From a candidate division WOR-3 bacterium (GTDB lineage Bacteria; Hydrothermota; Hydrothermia; UBA1063): a stretch of 64,000 nt of DNA. The stretch is taken from contig JBDRYS010000001.1 of assembly GCA_039803545.1 (NCBI GenBank), positions 833,866 to 897,865 of the forward strand, in the 5' to 3' direction. The notes beneath the pieces are model-generated. The model saw nothing but the letters and a program-made list of their open reading frames with translations. It was not told the DNA's origin and searched no databases. Positions 1-10,864 of this stretch are shown here, in pieces. The translations under genes and the position numbers were made by a program. Position 1 is the first letter of the stretch, and each line of letters opens with the position of its first letter.

Positions 1-349
1 TGGTTCCATCAAATCCAGAGTAGGCTTCCTTGTCTGGCTCCGTTGCCTTGGACACTATGATGGAATCCGAAGGCAATTTCAAATCTGGATGAAATTCAGC
101 ACCCTTAGTATTTTGAACACAATGTTTCGGCCAGATTCCCCCCTGCTCTGCGAAGGAAATATGATTCTCGGGATGCCAATCCCTGGTAGCAACAATTAAG
201 GATTTGCTATTGCTAAAACGCTCAATATAGGCGTTTAACACTGGAACTATCTTATCTCCTTCCGGAACAGCGAGTGCCCCACCAGGGCAAAAATCATTCT
301 GCAAATCTACAACAATCAATGCGTCTTTTTCCCTTAATTTAATTTTCAT
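1..349 (-). CDS. nicotinamidase/isochorismatase-family protein (PncA-like). The N-terminal 116 aa are present and the gene continues past the window start.
   Basis: The minus-strand ATG at 349 translates to [31 protein letters not shown]...WHPENHISF, the classic PncA/isochorismatase N-terminal motif. Its start overlaps the ruvB stop by 11 bp. Confidence 0.7.
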   Translation of the reverse strand, partial: MKIKLREKDALIVVDLQNDFCPGGALAVPEGDKIVPVLNAYIERFSNSKSLIVATRDWHPENHISFAEQGGIWPKHCVQNTKGAEFHPDLKLPSDSIIVSKATEPDKEAYSGFDGT

Positions 350-1382
350 CGATAACCTCCCCTTCCTTAAACAACTCAAAGTTAATACCTTTTAGGTCAT
401 ACCCCAAATGTTTATAGGCTAAAGGGGTTGCAACTCGGCCCCTGGTTGTTCTCTTCAAAAAACCTTCACGTAAAAGAAAAGGCTCATAAACCTCTTCTAT
501 GGTCCCAGGGTCTTCTGAAACCGCATGGGATAAAGTTTTTATTCCAACGGGACCTCCATTAAACTTTTCTATAATTGTTTTCAAAATCCTTTTGTCCATT
601 TCGTCAAGGCCCCTTTCATCAACATCCAGATTGTTTAATGCATAAACGGCAAGGTCTTTGTCTATAACACCATTAGCTTTGACCTCTGCATAATCCCTTA
701 CTCTCCGCAAAAGCCGATTGGCGACCCGTGGAGTCCCTCTCGACCTTTTCGCAATTTCCAGCGCCCCCTCTTCGCTGATTTTCACCTTTAACAGACTGGA
801 AGAACGGATTATAATTCTGTAAAGCTCATCGACACTGTAATAATCCAACCTAAAAGACATTCCGAAACGGGAAATCAAGGGTGATGTCAATAGGCCGACC
901 CTCGTAGTAGCACCAATCAATGTGAATGGGGCAATATCGATTCTTATAGATTCAGCTTTCGGCCCCTTGTCAAGGACAATGTCAATCTTGAAGTCTTCCA
1001 TCGCAGAATAAAGATACTCTTCTACTGCTCGGGGAAGTCTGTGAATTTCATCGATAAAAAGCACATCCCTTTCCTTCAAAGAAGTTAAAATTCCCACAAG
1101 GTCAATAGGCCTCTCAATAATAGGACCAGAAGTGGCTTTGATATTTACCCCCATTTCATTGGCAATAATATAAGCTAAGGTAGTCTTTCCAAGCCCCGGG
1201 GGACCAAGGAGTAGCACATGGTCAAGCTGCTCACCCCTCATATTGGCAGCTTTAACGAAAATTTCCAGGTTCTCCTTAATCTTTTCTTGACCTATAAACT
1301 CTCCAAAGGAAAGGGGCCTTAAGGCTCTATCAAGTTCTCTATCCTCATCAAAAATTCTTTTGGGATCAGTTATCCTCACCAC
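339..1382 (-). CDS. ruvB: Holliday junction branch migration ATPase RuvB
   Basis: The 347-aa ORF has a Walker A motif ([11 protein letters not shown]) and an AAA+ core followed by a winged helix. It overlaps ruvA in the ruvC-ruvA-ruvB order. Confidence 0.95.
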   Translation of the reverse strand: MVRITDPKRIFDEDRELDRALRPLSFGEFIGQEKIKENLEIFVKAANMRGEQLDHVLLLGPPGLGKTTLAYIIANEMGVNIKATSGPIIERPIDLVGILTSLKERDVLFIDEIHRLPRAVEEYLYSAMEDFKIDIVLDKGPKAESIRIDIAPFTLIGATTRVGLLTSPLISRFGMSFRLDYYSVDELYRIIIRSSSLLKVKISEEGALEIAKRSRGTPRVANRLLRRVRDYAEVKANGVIDKDLAVYALNNLDVDERGLDEMDKRILKTIIEKFNGGPVGIKTLSHAVSEDPGTIEEVYEPFLLREGFLKRTTRGRVATPLAYKHLGYDLKGINFELFKEGEVIDEN

Positions 1383-1947
1383 TGCCTCCCAGCGCTGCCT
1401 TAATTAGTTCTTCAAGAGTAACAGATTTACCCATACTCTTTATCGTTTTATCAATAAGATTAACGGCATCCTGCTCCTTTAGACCGAGAGAAACGAGTGC
1501 AGAAATAGCCTTTGACCTTACAGATTCCTCTACCCTTCTTTCAACTGCTTTCACTGGAAGCCCCTGAGCTTCAAAAATTATCCGCTCCGCTCTTTTTGCA
1601 CCAACGCCTTTTATCTGTGACAACCTCTTAGTATCACCCTTTTCAAGACACTCTATGAGCTCCTCAACACTCAAGGCTGACATTATGCGGAAGACAAGAT
1701 TTGGTCCAATGCCCTGCAATCTAATGAGGTAATTGAATATATCACGCTCTTGTGGGGTTTTAAAACCGTAAAGGGCAACATTTTCCTCAGAAATTACCAT
1801 ACTTACATAGATGAGCTTAATGGTCCCTACCTCAAGTTTTTCAGCAAAAGTAGGGGTCACTAAAATATCAAAAACAAGACCATTCACACTGAGGAAAACA
1901 TGAACATCCTTTTTCTCGATTACCTTACCTTCTAAGGCGTATAGCAT
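1366..1947 (-). CDS. ruvA: Holliday junction DNA helicase subunit RuvA
   Basis: The 193-aa ORF sits directly upstream of ruvB and has an OB fold followed by HhH motifs ([24 protein letters not shown]). Confidence 0.9.
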   Translation of the reverse strand: MLYALEGKVIEKKDVHVFLSVNGLVFDILVTPTFAEKLEVGTIKLIYVSMVISEENVALYGFKTPQERDIFNYLIRLQGIGPNLVFRIMSALSVEELIECLEKGDTKRLSQIKGVGAKRAERIIFEAQGLPVKAVERRVEESVRSKAISALVSLGLKEQDAVNLIDKTIKSMGKSVTLEELIKAALGGSGEDN

Positions 1948-2401
1948 TTTTAAGATTCCTCAAATAAGCAATACAAACTCCAACGGCATCAAATTCGTGT
2001 TCTGTAAGTTCTCTATTAAGTTTTACCAGATTCTTAACCATATAGGCAACCTGCTTCTTTTTTGCTCTTCCTTGACCCGTAAGACTTAACTTTACCTTCG
2101 TCGGTGAAATTTCTGCCACTTCAACACCCTTCTGCGCAACAGCAAGGAGAAAAGCACCTCTCACTGCTCCCAGCGTAAGGGCAGTTTTCACATTTCTGTA
2201 ATAAATGGTACTCTCTATGACGACCACATCAGGATTCCAATCATCAAGGATTTTAGAAATCCCTTCATAAAGGATATGTAGCCGCTCACTCAAACTTCCC
2301 GTTTCGGTATAAAGCGTCTCAGTAAACTTAATCTCATAATTGTGGTCAATAACCGCAACCCCACTCGCCCTCAGACCGGGATCAATCCCCAAAATCAACA
2401 T
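1925..2401 (-). CDS. ruvC: crossover junction endodeoxyribonuclease RuvC
   Basis: The 158-aa ORF begins ILGIDPGLRASGVAV, the RuvC N-terminal RNase H-like catalytic motif. It lies in the ruv operon position. Confidence 0.9.
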   Translation of the reverse strand: MLILGIDPGLRASGVAVIDHNYEIKFTETLYTETGSLSERLHILYEGISKILDDWNPDVVVIESTIYYRNVKTALTLGAVRGAFLLAVAQKGVEVAEISPTKVKLSLTGQGRAKKKQVAYMVKNLVKLNRELTEHEFDAVGVCIAYLRNLKNAIRLRR

Positions 2402-2405
2402 TTAA

Positions 2406-3164
2406 TCAGGATTTTGCGGCAATTGTCTGAAGCACATTCTCAGGAATATCAAAGTTGGCAAAAACCTTTTGAACATCGTCATTTTCTTCGAGGGCATCCA
2501 TTAACCTAAGTATTTTTTCAGCAGTTTTTTCATCTTCAATTTTAACAGTAGACTGCGGAATCATAGTAATGTCTGCTTCTGAAATCTCAATGCCCTTCTC
2601 TTTAAAAGCATTTTTAACCCTTTCAAAATCCTTGGGATTGCAATAAACAGCAAAAGTATCCCCTTCATCTTTTACATCCTCAGCACCTGCATCGAGGGCA
2701 ATTTCCAGAACCGCATCCTCAGAAACCTTGTCTTTATCAATGTAAATGATCCCTTTCTCTTCAAACTGCCAAGCAACACTCCCTGGTGCCCCAAGATGCC
2801 CACCATGTTTTGTAAATATGTGCCTGATTTCTCCACTGGTTCTGTTTTTGTTGTCAGTAAGAACTTTCACTAAAAAAGCTACACCCTCAGGCCCGAATCC
2901 TTCAAATACAGTTTCGACATATTCAACACCCTCAAGTTCTCCTGTCCCTCTTTTGATAGCCCTTTCTATATTCTCCCATGGCATATTTATTTCTTTTGCT
3001 TTTTCAATAGCGATTCTAAGGCGCGGATTGTGCTCCGGGTCACCACCGCCCAGTTTAGCGGCAACAGTGATTTCTCTAATCACTTTCGTGAAAAGTTTCC
3101 CGCGCTGAGCGTCAACCTTTGCCTTTTTATGTTTAATTTGAGCCCATTTGGAATGACCTGACAT
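2406..3164 (-). CDS. yebC: YebC/PmpR-family DNA-binding transcriptional regulator
   Basis: The 252-aa ORF begins MSGHSKWAQIKHKKAKVDAQRGK, the YebC family signature. It occupies the conserved position upstream of ruvC. Confidence 0.9.
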   Translation of the reverse strand: MSGHSKWAQIKHKKAKVDAQRGKLFTKVIREITVAAKLGGGDPEHNPRLRIAIEKAKEINMPWENIERAIKRGTGELEGVEYVETVFEGFGPEGVAFLVKVLTDNKNRTSGEIRHIFTKHGGHLGAPGSVAWQFEEKGIIYIDKDKVSEDAVLEIALDAGAEDVKDEGDTFAVYCNPKDFERVKNAFKEKGIEISEADITMIPQSTVKIEDEKTAEKILRLMDALEENDDVQKVFANFDIPENVLQTIAAKS

Positions 3165-3327
3165 ATTTCCACCTCCATTTTTAAATCTTCTGCATTAAGT
3201 TAAGTATAAGTTAAGAGCATCCTTTTTTCAAGCAGGCACTAAATTGAAAAGTTCAAAAGCAAAGGATATGAAAAGCAAACAAATCAGAACCTTTGCGAGT
3301 TTCGAATTTAAAAATTAAAATTATCCC

Positions 3328-5883
3328 ATGTCCGAGACGCCACTTCTTACCCAGTACAAATCTTTGAAAGAGAAGAACAAGGATACCCTCTTAGCCTTCA
3401 GAATTGGTGATTTTTACGAGTTTCTATACGACGATGATCAAGTGGCCTCGAAGGTACTTGGTATAACTTTGACTTCTAAACCCCTTTACAAAAATCACAG
3501 AGCCCCCCTTGCAGGCATTCCAGCAAAAGCAGCCTGGCAATACTTCGAAAAATTAGTCAGGAATGGTTTCAAGGTAGCAATTTGCGAACAATTGGGAGAA
3601 GGTAAAAAATTAATGGAAAGAGAAATCGTTGAGGTTCTAACTCCAGGAACCTTTTACCATCCAGACTTTAGCGATGAAACCGAGCACATCTTTATCGGGT
3701 CCTTAACAGCATTAAAGAGCAGGGGTTCTATTGCCATCGGTGACATAGGAACAGGTGAGATCTTTTTAGAAAATGGCAATGTTGAAGAATTGATGAATCT
3801 CGTCGAGACTTACAATGTGAGAGAGGTCCTTGTTGAAGATGAACTTTATTTCGAACTGCGGGATAGATACCCGCAGAATTACACCAGAATCGCTTCACCG
3901 CTCGTTGCTAAAGATTCAATGATAGAGAAAATCTGCAATTTTTTCGGCGTCCCCGATATCAAGATCATCAACTTGCAAGACGACCCTTTAGAGGTCAGAT
4001 CCATTTTTAATCTTATAACCTACCTCGAAGAAAAGAAACCAGGCATGCTCAATCACCTGAAAACGATAAAACGCATTAACACTGAAAAAGTTTTAAAAAT
4101 CGATGTCAAAACTGCAAAACACCTTGAACTATTACAAAAACCCTACGGTGACCTGGAAGACACCCTTTATGAGCACCTGAAAGAAACTATAACCCCACAG
4201 GGGAGCCGGTATCTTAAGGAAACCATTTTAACACCTCCAAAGGACATAAATTTAATCAATGAAAGACTATGCAAGGTCGAGTTTTTTGTTACAAACCGGG
4301 ATAAGCATCAAAAGGTCCGTGAAATATTGAGAAAGATTTCTGACCTGGAAAGGATAATTTCCCGATTTTCAACTCAGAAATTTCATGTAAGGGACTTTTT
4401 GAGACTTGCTGAAAGTGTAAAGGCATACAAAGAAATACAAAACCTTTTAGGCAACGAAGATTTATTTGCTTTTCCTCAAATTTCAAAGGATTTTGAATCG
4501 CTAATCAAAACCATCGAATACACAATAGAAGATGATCCCACAGCCTCTCCGCCTGGATGGGTGAAGAAGGGTGTGAATCAAGAACTTGACGAACTAAAAT
4601 TCCTTCTGTCCCACTCAAAAGAAAAACTTCTGGAGATGGAAAGAAAAGAGAGAGAAAAGACCGGAATTCCCAATCTTCGAATCGGATACAACCAAGTTTT
4701 TGGGTTTTACTATGAAGTAACAAAATCACACCTCGATAAAGTACCTTCCTACTTCATTAGGAAACAAACCCTTCAAAACGCCGAGAGATTCTATACAGAA
4801 GAATTAAAGGAACTTGAAGAAAAGCTCCTCTCCGCTGAAGAAAAAATTGTATCAATTGAAAAGGAGATTGTTGAGAACCTCAGGAATTCGGTGTTAGACT
4901 TCACAAGAGAGATCGTTGCATTGACCAATTTTATTAAAGAGTTAGACTTAATTCAAGCTTTTGCTGAAGTCTCAAGAAATTATAAATACATAAAGCCCGC
5001 AATAACGACGAATAAAAGGCTACTCATAAAGGATGGTAGACACCCTGTAGTAGAAAAGAATCTGAAATCTCCCTTTATCCCTAATGACACTGTGCTGGAC
5101 ACAGAGAATACCATTATGTACATTATAACCGGACCGAATATGTCAGGAAAGTCTACCTATTTGAGGCAAGTTGCCATAATTGTTATTATGGCTCATATGG
5201 GGTGTTTTGTTCCCGCCACATACGCAGAGATACCCCTTACCGATAGAATATTTGCAAGAATCGGTGCTTCTGATGACATCACAAAGGGGGTTTCGACCTT
5301 CATGGCAGAGATGCTCGAAACTGCAGAAATCATGCGAAATGCCACTTCTGATTCACTTTTGATCCTCGACGAAATTGGACGGGGGACCGCTACTACCGAT
5401 GGTATCGCCATTGCGTGGGCTTGCGCTGAATACATATTGGAAAGGATAAAAGCAAAAACTCTTTTCGCAACACACTACCATGAACTTTCAGAAATTGCTC
5501 GGATACATCCACACGTAAAAAATTACCATATGAAAGTAGCAGAATGGGAAGGAAACATTGTATTTTTAAGAAAACTGGTCGAAGGTGTTGCCAACAAAAG
5601 TTATGGAATTCACGTGGCAGCCCTGTCGGGGCTTCCTAAAGAAATAATAGAACGCGCTAAGGAAATTGCAGGCCAACTGGAGAGGAAAGAAGCTGAATTA
5701 CTTGAAAGAGTAAGATCAAATGTCAAGCAGCTCAACCTTTTTGAAAGAGTTGAGGCAAAAAAGAGTAGCTGTAAGATTTGCGAAGAGCTAACATCATTAG
5801 ACATTGATGGAATAAGTCCAAGAGAGGCTTTAAACTTACTTTACAAACTCAGGGAGGAAGTAGATAAATGTTTAGGTTCTTAA
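3328..5883 (+). CDS. mutS: DNA mismatch repair protein MutS
   Basis: The 851-aa ORF has a Walker A motif (GPNMSGKSTYLRQ), the MutS domain V sequence ...DEIGRGTATTDG, and an N-terminal mismatch-binding domain. Confidence 0.93.
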   Translation: MSETPLLTQYKSLKEKNKDTLLAFRIGDFYEFLYDDDQVASKVLGITLTSKPLYKNHRAPLAGIPAKAAWQYFEKLVRNGFKVAICEQLGEGKKLMEREIVEVLTPGTFYHPDFSDETEHIFIGSLTALKSRGSIAIGDIGTGEIFLENGNVEELMNLVETYNVREVLVEDELYFELRDRYPQNYTRIASPLVAKDSMIEKICNFFGVPDIKIINLQDDPLEVRSIFNLITYLEEKKPGMLNHLKTIKRINTEKVLKIDVKTAKHLELLQKPYGDLEDTLYEHLKETITPQGSRYLKETILTPPKDINLINERLCKVEFFVTNRDKHQKVREILRKISDLERIISRFSTQKFHVRDFLRLAESVKAYKEIQNLLGNEDLFAFPQISKDFESLIKTIEYTIEDDPTASPPGWVKKGVNQELDELKFLLSHSKEKLLEMERKEREKTGIPNLRIGYNQVFGFYYEVTKSHLDKVPSYFIRKQTLQNAERFYTEELKELEEKLLSAEEKIVSIEKEIVENLRNSVLDFTREIVALTNFIKELDLIQAFAEVSRNYKYIKPAITTNKRLLIKDGRHPVVEKNLKSPFIPNDTVLDTENTIMYIITGPNMSGKSTYLRQVAIIVIMAHMGCFVPATYAEIPLTDRIFARIGASDDITKGVSTFMAEMLETAEIMRNATSDSLLILDEIGRGTATTDGIAIAWACAEYILERIKAKTLFATHYHELSEIARIHPHVKNYHMKVAEWEGNIVFLRKLVEGVANKSYGIHVAALSGLPKEIIERAKEIAGQLERKEAELLERVRSNVKQLNLFERVEAKKSSCKICEELTSLDIDGISPREALNLLYKLREEVDKCLGS

Positions 5884-6938
5884 AAAGTTTTTCAAGTTTT
5901 TTTAAAAATGAAATTGCCATTGATCTTGGAACTTCAACTACTTTAATTTACGTGAAGGGGAAAGGGGTCGTGCTTGACGAACCGTCGGTCGTGGCAATGG
6001 ACCTCTATACTGGAAAAGTCATCTCCAGTGGAATTGAAGCTAAAAAAATGCTTGGAAAAACTCCAGAGACTGTTGTAGCAAAACGCCCCATGAAAGATGG
6101 CGTAATTGCAGATTTTGATATGGTCCAGGAAATGATAATATATTTCCTCAATAAAGTGTTAGAGAAAAATATTCTTATTAGGCCAGTAGTTTTAATTGCT
6201 GTCCCATCAGGTATTACCGATGTCGAAAGACGTGCTGTAAGAGACGCAGCACTGCTGGCTGGAGTCCAGAAGGTTCATATGGTATCCGAACCCGTTGCAG
6301 CTGCTGTAGGACTTGGCCTCCCCATAGAGGAACCAGTGGGGAACATGGTTATTGACATAGGTGCTGGTACAACTGAAATCGCCGTCATTTCCCTCTCCGG
6401 AATCGTGGTGAACAAATCCATTAGAACCGCCGGTGACGAAATGGATGAAGCTATAGCAACTTACATAAGAGAGAAGTACAGGATTGCCATTGGAGAACAA
6501 ACGGCAGAGGAAATTAAAATTAGCCTTGGAAATGCATTTCCCACATACCCAGAAGAAAAAATGGAAGTAAGAGGCAGAGACCTCGTAAGCGGCGCTCCCA
6601 AAACCATAGAAATTTCAAGTTCAGAGGTTAGAAACGCTCTAAAACCCGCACTTAATGAGATTGTATTTGCACTAAAAAAGGCTCTGGAACAAACACCACC
6701 AGAACTCCTTGCCGACATTATAGACAGGGGAATTTATCTAACAGGAGGAGGCTCACTCCTTAAGGGACTTCCCGACCTCCTAATGGAGGAAACAAACATA
6801 CTTATAAAGGTTTCAGAAAATCCCAGGCACTGCGTAGTGCTTGGGGCAGGGAAAATACTCGAAAATATGGATAAATATAGGCAAATCTTGACTGCCTCCT
6901 CCAAAACCATGGTCAAAAGAACAGAATTCATTGATTGA
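5868..6938 (+). CDS. mreB: rod shape-determining actin-like protein MreB
   Basis: The 356-aa ORF has the motifs IDLGTSTTLIYV and DIGAGTTEIAVI, and the mreCD genes follow it. Confidence 0.93.
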   Translation: MFRFLKSFSSFFKNEIAIDLGTSTTLIYVKGKGVVLDEPSVVAMDLYTGKVISSGIEAKKMLGKTPETVVAKRPMKDGVIADFDMVQEMIIYFLNKVLEKNILIRPVVLIAVPSGITDVERRAVRDAALLAGVQKVHMVSEPVAAAVGLGLPIEEPVGNMVIDIGAGTTEIAVISLSGIVVNKSIRTAGDEMDEAIATYIREKYRIAIGEQTAEEIKISLGNAFPTYPEEKMEVRGRDLVSGAPKTIEISSSEVRNALKPALNEIVFALKKALEQTPPELLADIIDRGIYLTGGGSLLKGLPDLLMEETNILIKVSENPRHCVVLGAGKILENMDKYRQILTASSKTMVKRTEFID

Positions 6939-7661
6939 ATGCAGAAAAAACTCCTTGTCTTATTTTTGCTATTATCAATCTTTGTTAACCTGAAAAGCGT
7001 AAAAGAGGAAGTCGCAGTAGTTTTATCAAAATCCTTTTATTTCCCTTTTCTATACACCCGGAATCTTATTCTATTACTCTCCCAGGAAGAAAGACGCTCA
7101 ATTGAGCTTACCGTTGAAAATCAAAAGCTAAGAGAGACGCTCCTTAAAAGCGACACTTCAGCGATCCAAATAGCCGATACTGGCAAATTCTATGTCGGGG
7201 AAATCCTTCAATACATGCCCCTCGGTATACCGGAGATACTTGTGGTAAGGATCAAATCTTCGAAAATAGAAGACTTGACTGAAGGCACTGTAGTAAACCT
7301 CAATGGATTTCTGGTAGGCGTCATAGAAAGTCAAGAGGGTAAACAACTTACAGTAAAAACAATTTATAACGATAATTTCAAAGTAGGAGTTGAATGTCTT
7401 AGACCATACTATACCGGCGTTCTGAAGGGTGGAGAAATTCCTTACGTTTTCTATATTCCCACCGATGCAAACATTAAGATAGGAGATACGCTCTTTACAT
7501 CGAGACTTTCAAGCTATGCAAAACCTTACATCCCTGTTGGAATAGTAAAGGAATATCAAAGGGATTTGGATAACCCCATCTTTTTCAGAGCTAAAATAGA
7601 ACCATTTTTTAAACCCTTTACCTCCAGGACGGTAATTGTATATGGAAAACCAAAAGCTTAG
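6939..7661 (+). CDS. mreC: rod shape-determining protein MreC
   Basis: The 240-aa ORF has an N-terminal membrane anchor, a coiled-coil segment and a beta-rich C-terminus. It occupies the position between mreB and mreD. Confidence 0.75.
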   Translation: MQKKLLVLFLLLSIFVNLKSVKEEVAVVLSKSFYFPFLYTRNLILLLSQEERRSIELTVENQKLRETLLKSDTSAIQIADTGKFYVGEILQYMPLGIPEILVVRIKSSKIEDLTEGTVVNLNGFLVGVIESQEGKQLTVKTIYNDNFKVGVECLRPYYTGVLKGGEIPYVFYIPTDANIKIGDTLFTSRLSSYAKPYIPVGIVKEYQRDLDNPIFFRAKIEPFFKPFTSRTVIVYGKPKA

Positions 7662-8064
7662 TGTAACCGGTATAATCATATTAATTTTAGCTTCAGCTTC
7701 GATGGTTGTCCTTCCCCAAAATTTTCCTGATCTTTCCTTAGTTACCCTATTATACTTATCCCTCAAATACGAATCATCCGCAATGCTTTTTTGGGCCTTT
7801 TTAAGCGGATTAACGCACGATGGATTTAATATTAGCAAGCTCTGGGTTTCCCCAATTCTTTTCCCATTATTGGTGATCTCCACCAGCTGGGCAAAAGATA
7901 ACTTCAACTTAAACTTCGCCCCAGCTCGTTTAATTTTCGACGGAATTTTCATTTTCACATCCTTTTGTGTTTATTTATTATTCTGGAACTTGACTCTTAC
8001 AGAAGTCTGGATAAAGTTTCTCTTAACTCTTGTATTAGCGATAATAACAACATTCCTGGCATGA
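7636..8064 (+). CDS. mreD: rod shape-determining protein MreD (small polytopic membrane protein)
   Basis: The 142-aa ORF is hydrophobic and overlaps the mreC end and the mrdA start. The call rests on synteny. Confidence 0.6.
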   Translation: MYMENQKLSVTGIIILILASASMVVLPQNFPDLSLVTLLYLSLKYESSAMLFWAFLSGLTHDGFNISKLWVSPILFPLLVISTSWAKDNFNLNFAPARLIFDGIFIFTSFCVYLLFWNLTLTEVWIKFLLTLVLAIITTFLA

Positions 8065-9719
8065 ATAAAATAAGACTTTTGCGAGTCTCGCTCTGGTTAA
8101 TTCTAACCATCATCTTTATAAGACTAGTGCAATTCCAGGTCATTGAACATAGATACCTTCTTCAAAAGGCAACTTACAATTTTCTAAAAGAATACAAAAT
8201 TCATGCACCGAGGGGAAAAATCTACGATAGAAACGGGATATTACTTGCCTCTTGGAAACCAGCCTTCCGCATAATGGCAATTCCAAAGTTCTTAAAGGAT
8301 GAAGACTATAAAACCCTGCAAGAACTCTTAGGAGACCTCCCAATAAACCCAGACACCCTAAAGAACAAAGGAAATTACGTCGAAATTAAAGGAAACCTCC
8401 CATATGAAGAGACCATAAAGTTATTGGAAAAATCGATAAACATAAAAAGTATTGTAATTGATGCGGACCCTGTAAGGGTATATACCCCGTATGGTAAATA
8501 TGCAGCTCACCTTATAGGTTATGTTAGTGAGGCCTCTAAGGAGGAAATTAAAAGATTTAACCTTGACCCTGGCGATTTCATAGGAAAAGCCGGGGTTGAA
8601 AGAAGTTTCGATTCTCTACTCCGAGGACAAGATGGCGCAAGGTTTATCGCATTGGATTCCAGAGGAAACGTCGTTAGCCTCAACCCAAGACCTCCAGAAG
8701 AGCCGGCAGAAGGAGAAGAAATATTCCTTACTATAGACATAAAACTGCAGGCCTTATTGGATTCTTTATTCGAAAAATATCCTCGCGGCGCAGCTTTTGG
8801 GATGAATATAAAAACAGGCGAGGTAATAATATTTTATTCAAAACCTTATTTCAATCCCGAAAGCCTTATTACTCGATGGACCAATTATGTCTCAGACAAA
8901 GAAAAACCGTTATTAAACAGAGTCTTACAGGGACTCTATCCTCCGGGATCTACCTTTAAGCTTATCACAACCCTTGTGGGCCTTTATACTGGAACATTAA
9001 AGGAAAACACTGTTTATTATTGTCCAGGAGGGTTTACCTTCGGAAATAGAACGTGGCTTTGCTGGCGAACAGAAGGGCATGGTTCCCTTAATCTCATAGA
9101 AGCAATTGCTCAATCCTGTAATGTATATTTCAACAACGTTGGGGCAAGAATCGGTACCAACAAATTCATCGAAACCCTCGATTCTTTTAACTTGCCAGAA
9201 AAAACGGGCATCGACCTTATAGGAGAATACACAGTTCTAATTCCAACGAGTAAACTACTCAAAAACAGGCTATTACTTCCAAGTTCTGTTATCAATTGGT
9301 CGATTGGTCAGGGAGAAATCCAGGTAACCCCTGCCTGGATGGCTTTAGTAACCGGGTTGATTGCCGGTAATGGAAAATGTCCAGAGCCAATAGTAAGAAA
9401 AGGTGACAAACCAAAATACCTTTACCTAAACCTTCCTCAGAAATATTTTGAAATCGTTAAAGATGGCATGCGGATGGTCGTGGAAAGCCCTCAGGGAACG
9501 GCAGGATATCTCTATGACCCATCCTTTAAAATTGCTGGAAAAACAGGAACTGCTCAGAATCCCCATGGTAAAGAGCATTCCTGGTTTACTTGCTTCTTCC
9601 CCTATGATGACCCCACATATGTTTTAACGGTGGTAGTAGAAAACGCAGGACATGGTAGTGAGGCAGCTGCACCAATTGCCATTAATGTTGCAAAGAGGAT
9701 GATGAATGAGGAGAAATAA
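8061..9719 (+). CDS. mrdA: penicillin-binding protein 2 (peptidoglycan D,D-transpeptidase MrdA)
   Basis: The sequence has a transpeptidase domain with SxxK (GSTFK), SxN and KTGT motifs, and rodA follows. The likely start is the ATG at 8061 (MNKIRLL...), which overlaps the mreD stop. The longer ORF from 7965 is probably an over-extension. Confidence 0.88.
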   Translation: MNKIRLLRVSLWLILTIIFIRLVQFQVIEHRYLLQKATYNFLKEYKIHAPRGKIYDRNGILLASWKPAFRIMAIPKFLKDEDYKTLQELLGDLPINPDTLKNKGNYVEIKGNLPYEETIKLLEKSINIKSIVIDADPVRVYTPYGKYAAHLIGYVSEASKEEIKRFNLDPGDFIGKAGVERSFDSLLRGQDGARFIALDSRGNVVSLNPRPPEEPAEGEEIFLTIDIKLQALLDSLFEKYPRGAAFGMNIKTGEVIIFYSKPYFNPESLITRWTNYVSDKEKPLLNRVLQGLYPPGSTFKLITTLVGLYTGTLKENTVYYCPGGFTFGNRTWLCWRTEGHGSLNLIEAIAQSCNVYFNNVGARIGTNKFIETLDSFNLPEKTGIDLIGEYTVLIPTSKLLKNRLLLPSSVINWSIGQGEIQVTPAWMALVTGLIAGNGKCPEPIVRKGDKPKYLYLNLPQKYFEIVKDGMRMVVESPQGTAGYLYDPSFKIAGKTGTAQNPHGKEHSWFTCFFPYDDPTYVLTVVVENAGHGSEAAAPIAINVAKRMMNEEK

Positions 9720-10863
9720 CCTGCTAATCATCACTGCTTTGATTTTAATAGCCATCGGGCTTACAGAGTTATATTTCATAGGAAAATCGTACTTCTTTTC
9801 TCAACTATCAAAAGTCCTAATTTTTGTTGCCATTCTCGGTACTATTTCCCTTTTTATGAAGAAAGAGTACATACTAAACTACGGACATTTTCTCTACCAT
9901 ATTTCCTTGATTCTCCTTGTGATAGTCTTGATAGTTGGCAAAGGTAAAGTCAACAGGTGGATAAACTTAGGTTTTATGCAGCTACAGCCTTCAGAAATTG
10001 CAAAGCTCGGTCTTATTCTAATTCTCAGCAAAATCTTATCTGATAACAAAAAGCCTATGAAAAGCAGACTGGTTAAAGCCTCCTTTTATACATTGATTCC
10101 TTTTATCCTCGTATTGCTGCAGCCAGACCTTGGAACTGCTTTAACTTTTCTATTCATCGCCTTTTTAATGTCATTGCTTTCGGGAATAGACCCTTTTATC
10201 ACAAGGCTCATAATTCTTACTCCCGTAACTATGATAGCTTCCGCCCATTTGGTATCAACACTAATTCTATACCTCCTTCTACTGGTTTTTCTTTTAATTT
10301 CAAAGGAGGCTATTTACAAAAAGGTTTTAACCATAGGTTTCCTCACCATTGTAAGCCTATCAACACCCTTCGTATGGCAAAAAGTTCTTAAACCTTACCA
10401 GAGAGACAGATTAACCGCCTTCTTAAATCCAGAAAAAAGTAAGAGCAAAGAAGGGTGGCAAATATACCAGGCAAAAATAGCTATTGGGTCTGGTGGTATA
10501 TTTGGCAAAGGCCCTGGAAGAGGCACTCAAAAGGGTCTCGCCTTTCTCCCCGCCGCACACACCGATTTCATTTTCTCGAGCATAGGTGAAGAGTTCGGCT
10601 TAATAGGCCTTATCATTATACTTACTACTTTTATGGCTTTTCTCAGTTTTCTTTTAAGAAAAATTGAATTAGAAGAAGGGCAGGAAAAACTGATAATTGC
10701 AGGCATTTTCGCCTACTTCTTTTTCCATTTCACAGTTAACATACTGTCAAATCTCTCATTACTTCCTGTAGTTGGAATCCCGCTACCGTTCATCACTTAT
10801 GGCGGGAGCCATCTATTAATTGAATTAACTGCAATATTAATAATCTTGAAACTGGAGGATTAA
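9706..10863 (+). CDS. rodA: SEDS-family peptidoglycan glycosyltransferase RodA
   Basis: The 385-aa ORF is a polytopic membrane protein of the FtsW/RodA family paired with PBP2. Its C-terminus reads ...LPFITYGGS. Confidence 0.88.
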   Translation: MRRNNLLIITALILIAIGLTELYFIGKSYFFSQLSKVLIFVAILGTISLFMKKEYILNYGHFLYHISLILLVIVLIVGKGKVNRWINLGFMQLQPSEIAKLGLILILSKILSDNKKPMKSRLVKASFYTLIPFILVLLQPDLGTALTFLFIAFLMSLLSGIDPFITRLIILTPVTMIASAHLVSTLILYLLLLVFLLISKEAIYKKVLTIGFLTIVSLSTPFVWQKVLKPYQRDRLTAFLNPEKSKSKEGWQIYQAKIAIGSGGIFGKGPGRGTQKGLAFLPAAHTDFIFSSIGEEFGLIGLIIILTTFMAFLSFLLRKIELEEGQEKLIIAGIFAYFFFHFTVNILSNLSLLPVVGIPLPFITYGGSHLLIELTAILIILKLED

Positions 10864-10864
10864 T

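Noticed and set aside
2746-3108. 120-aa plus-strand ORF
   Set aside because: It is entirely antisense to the well-supported yebC gene, and its composition is low-complexity Ser/Pro/Leu-rich. It is a frame artefact.
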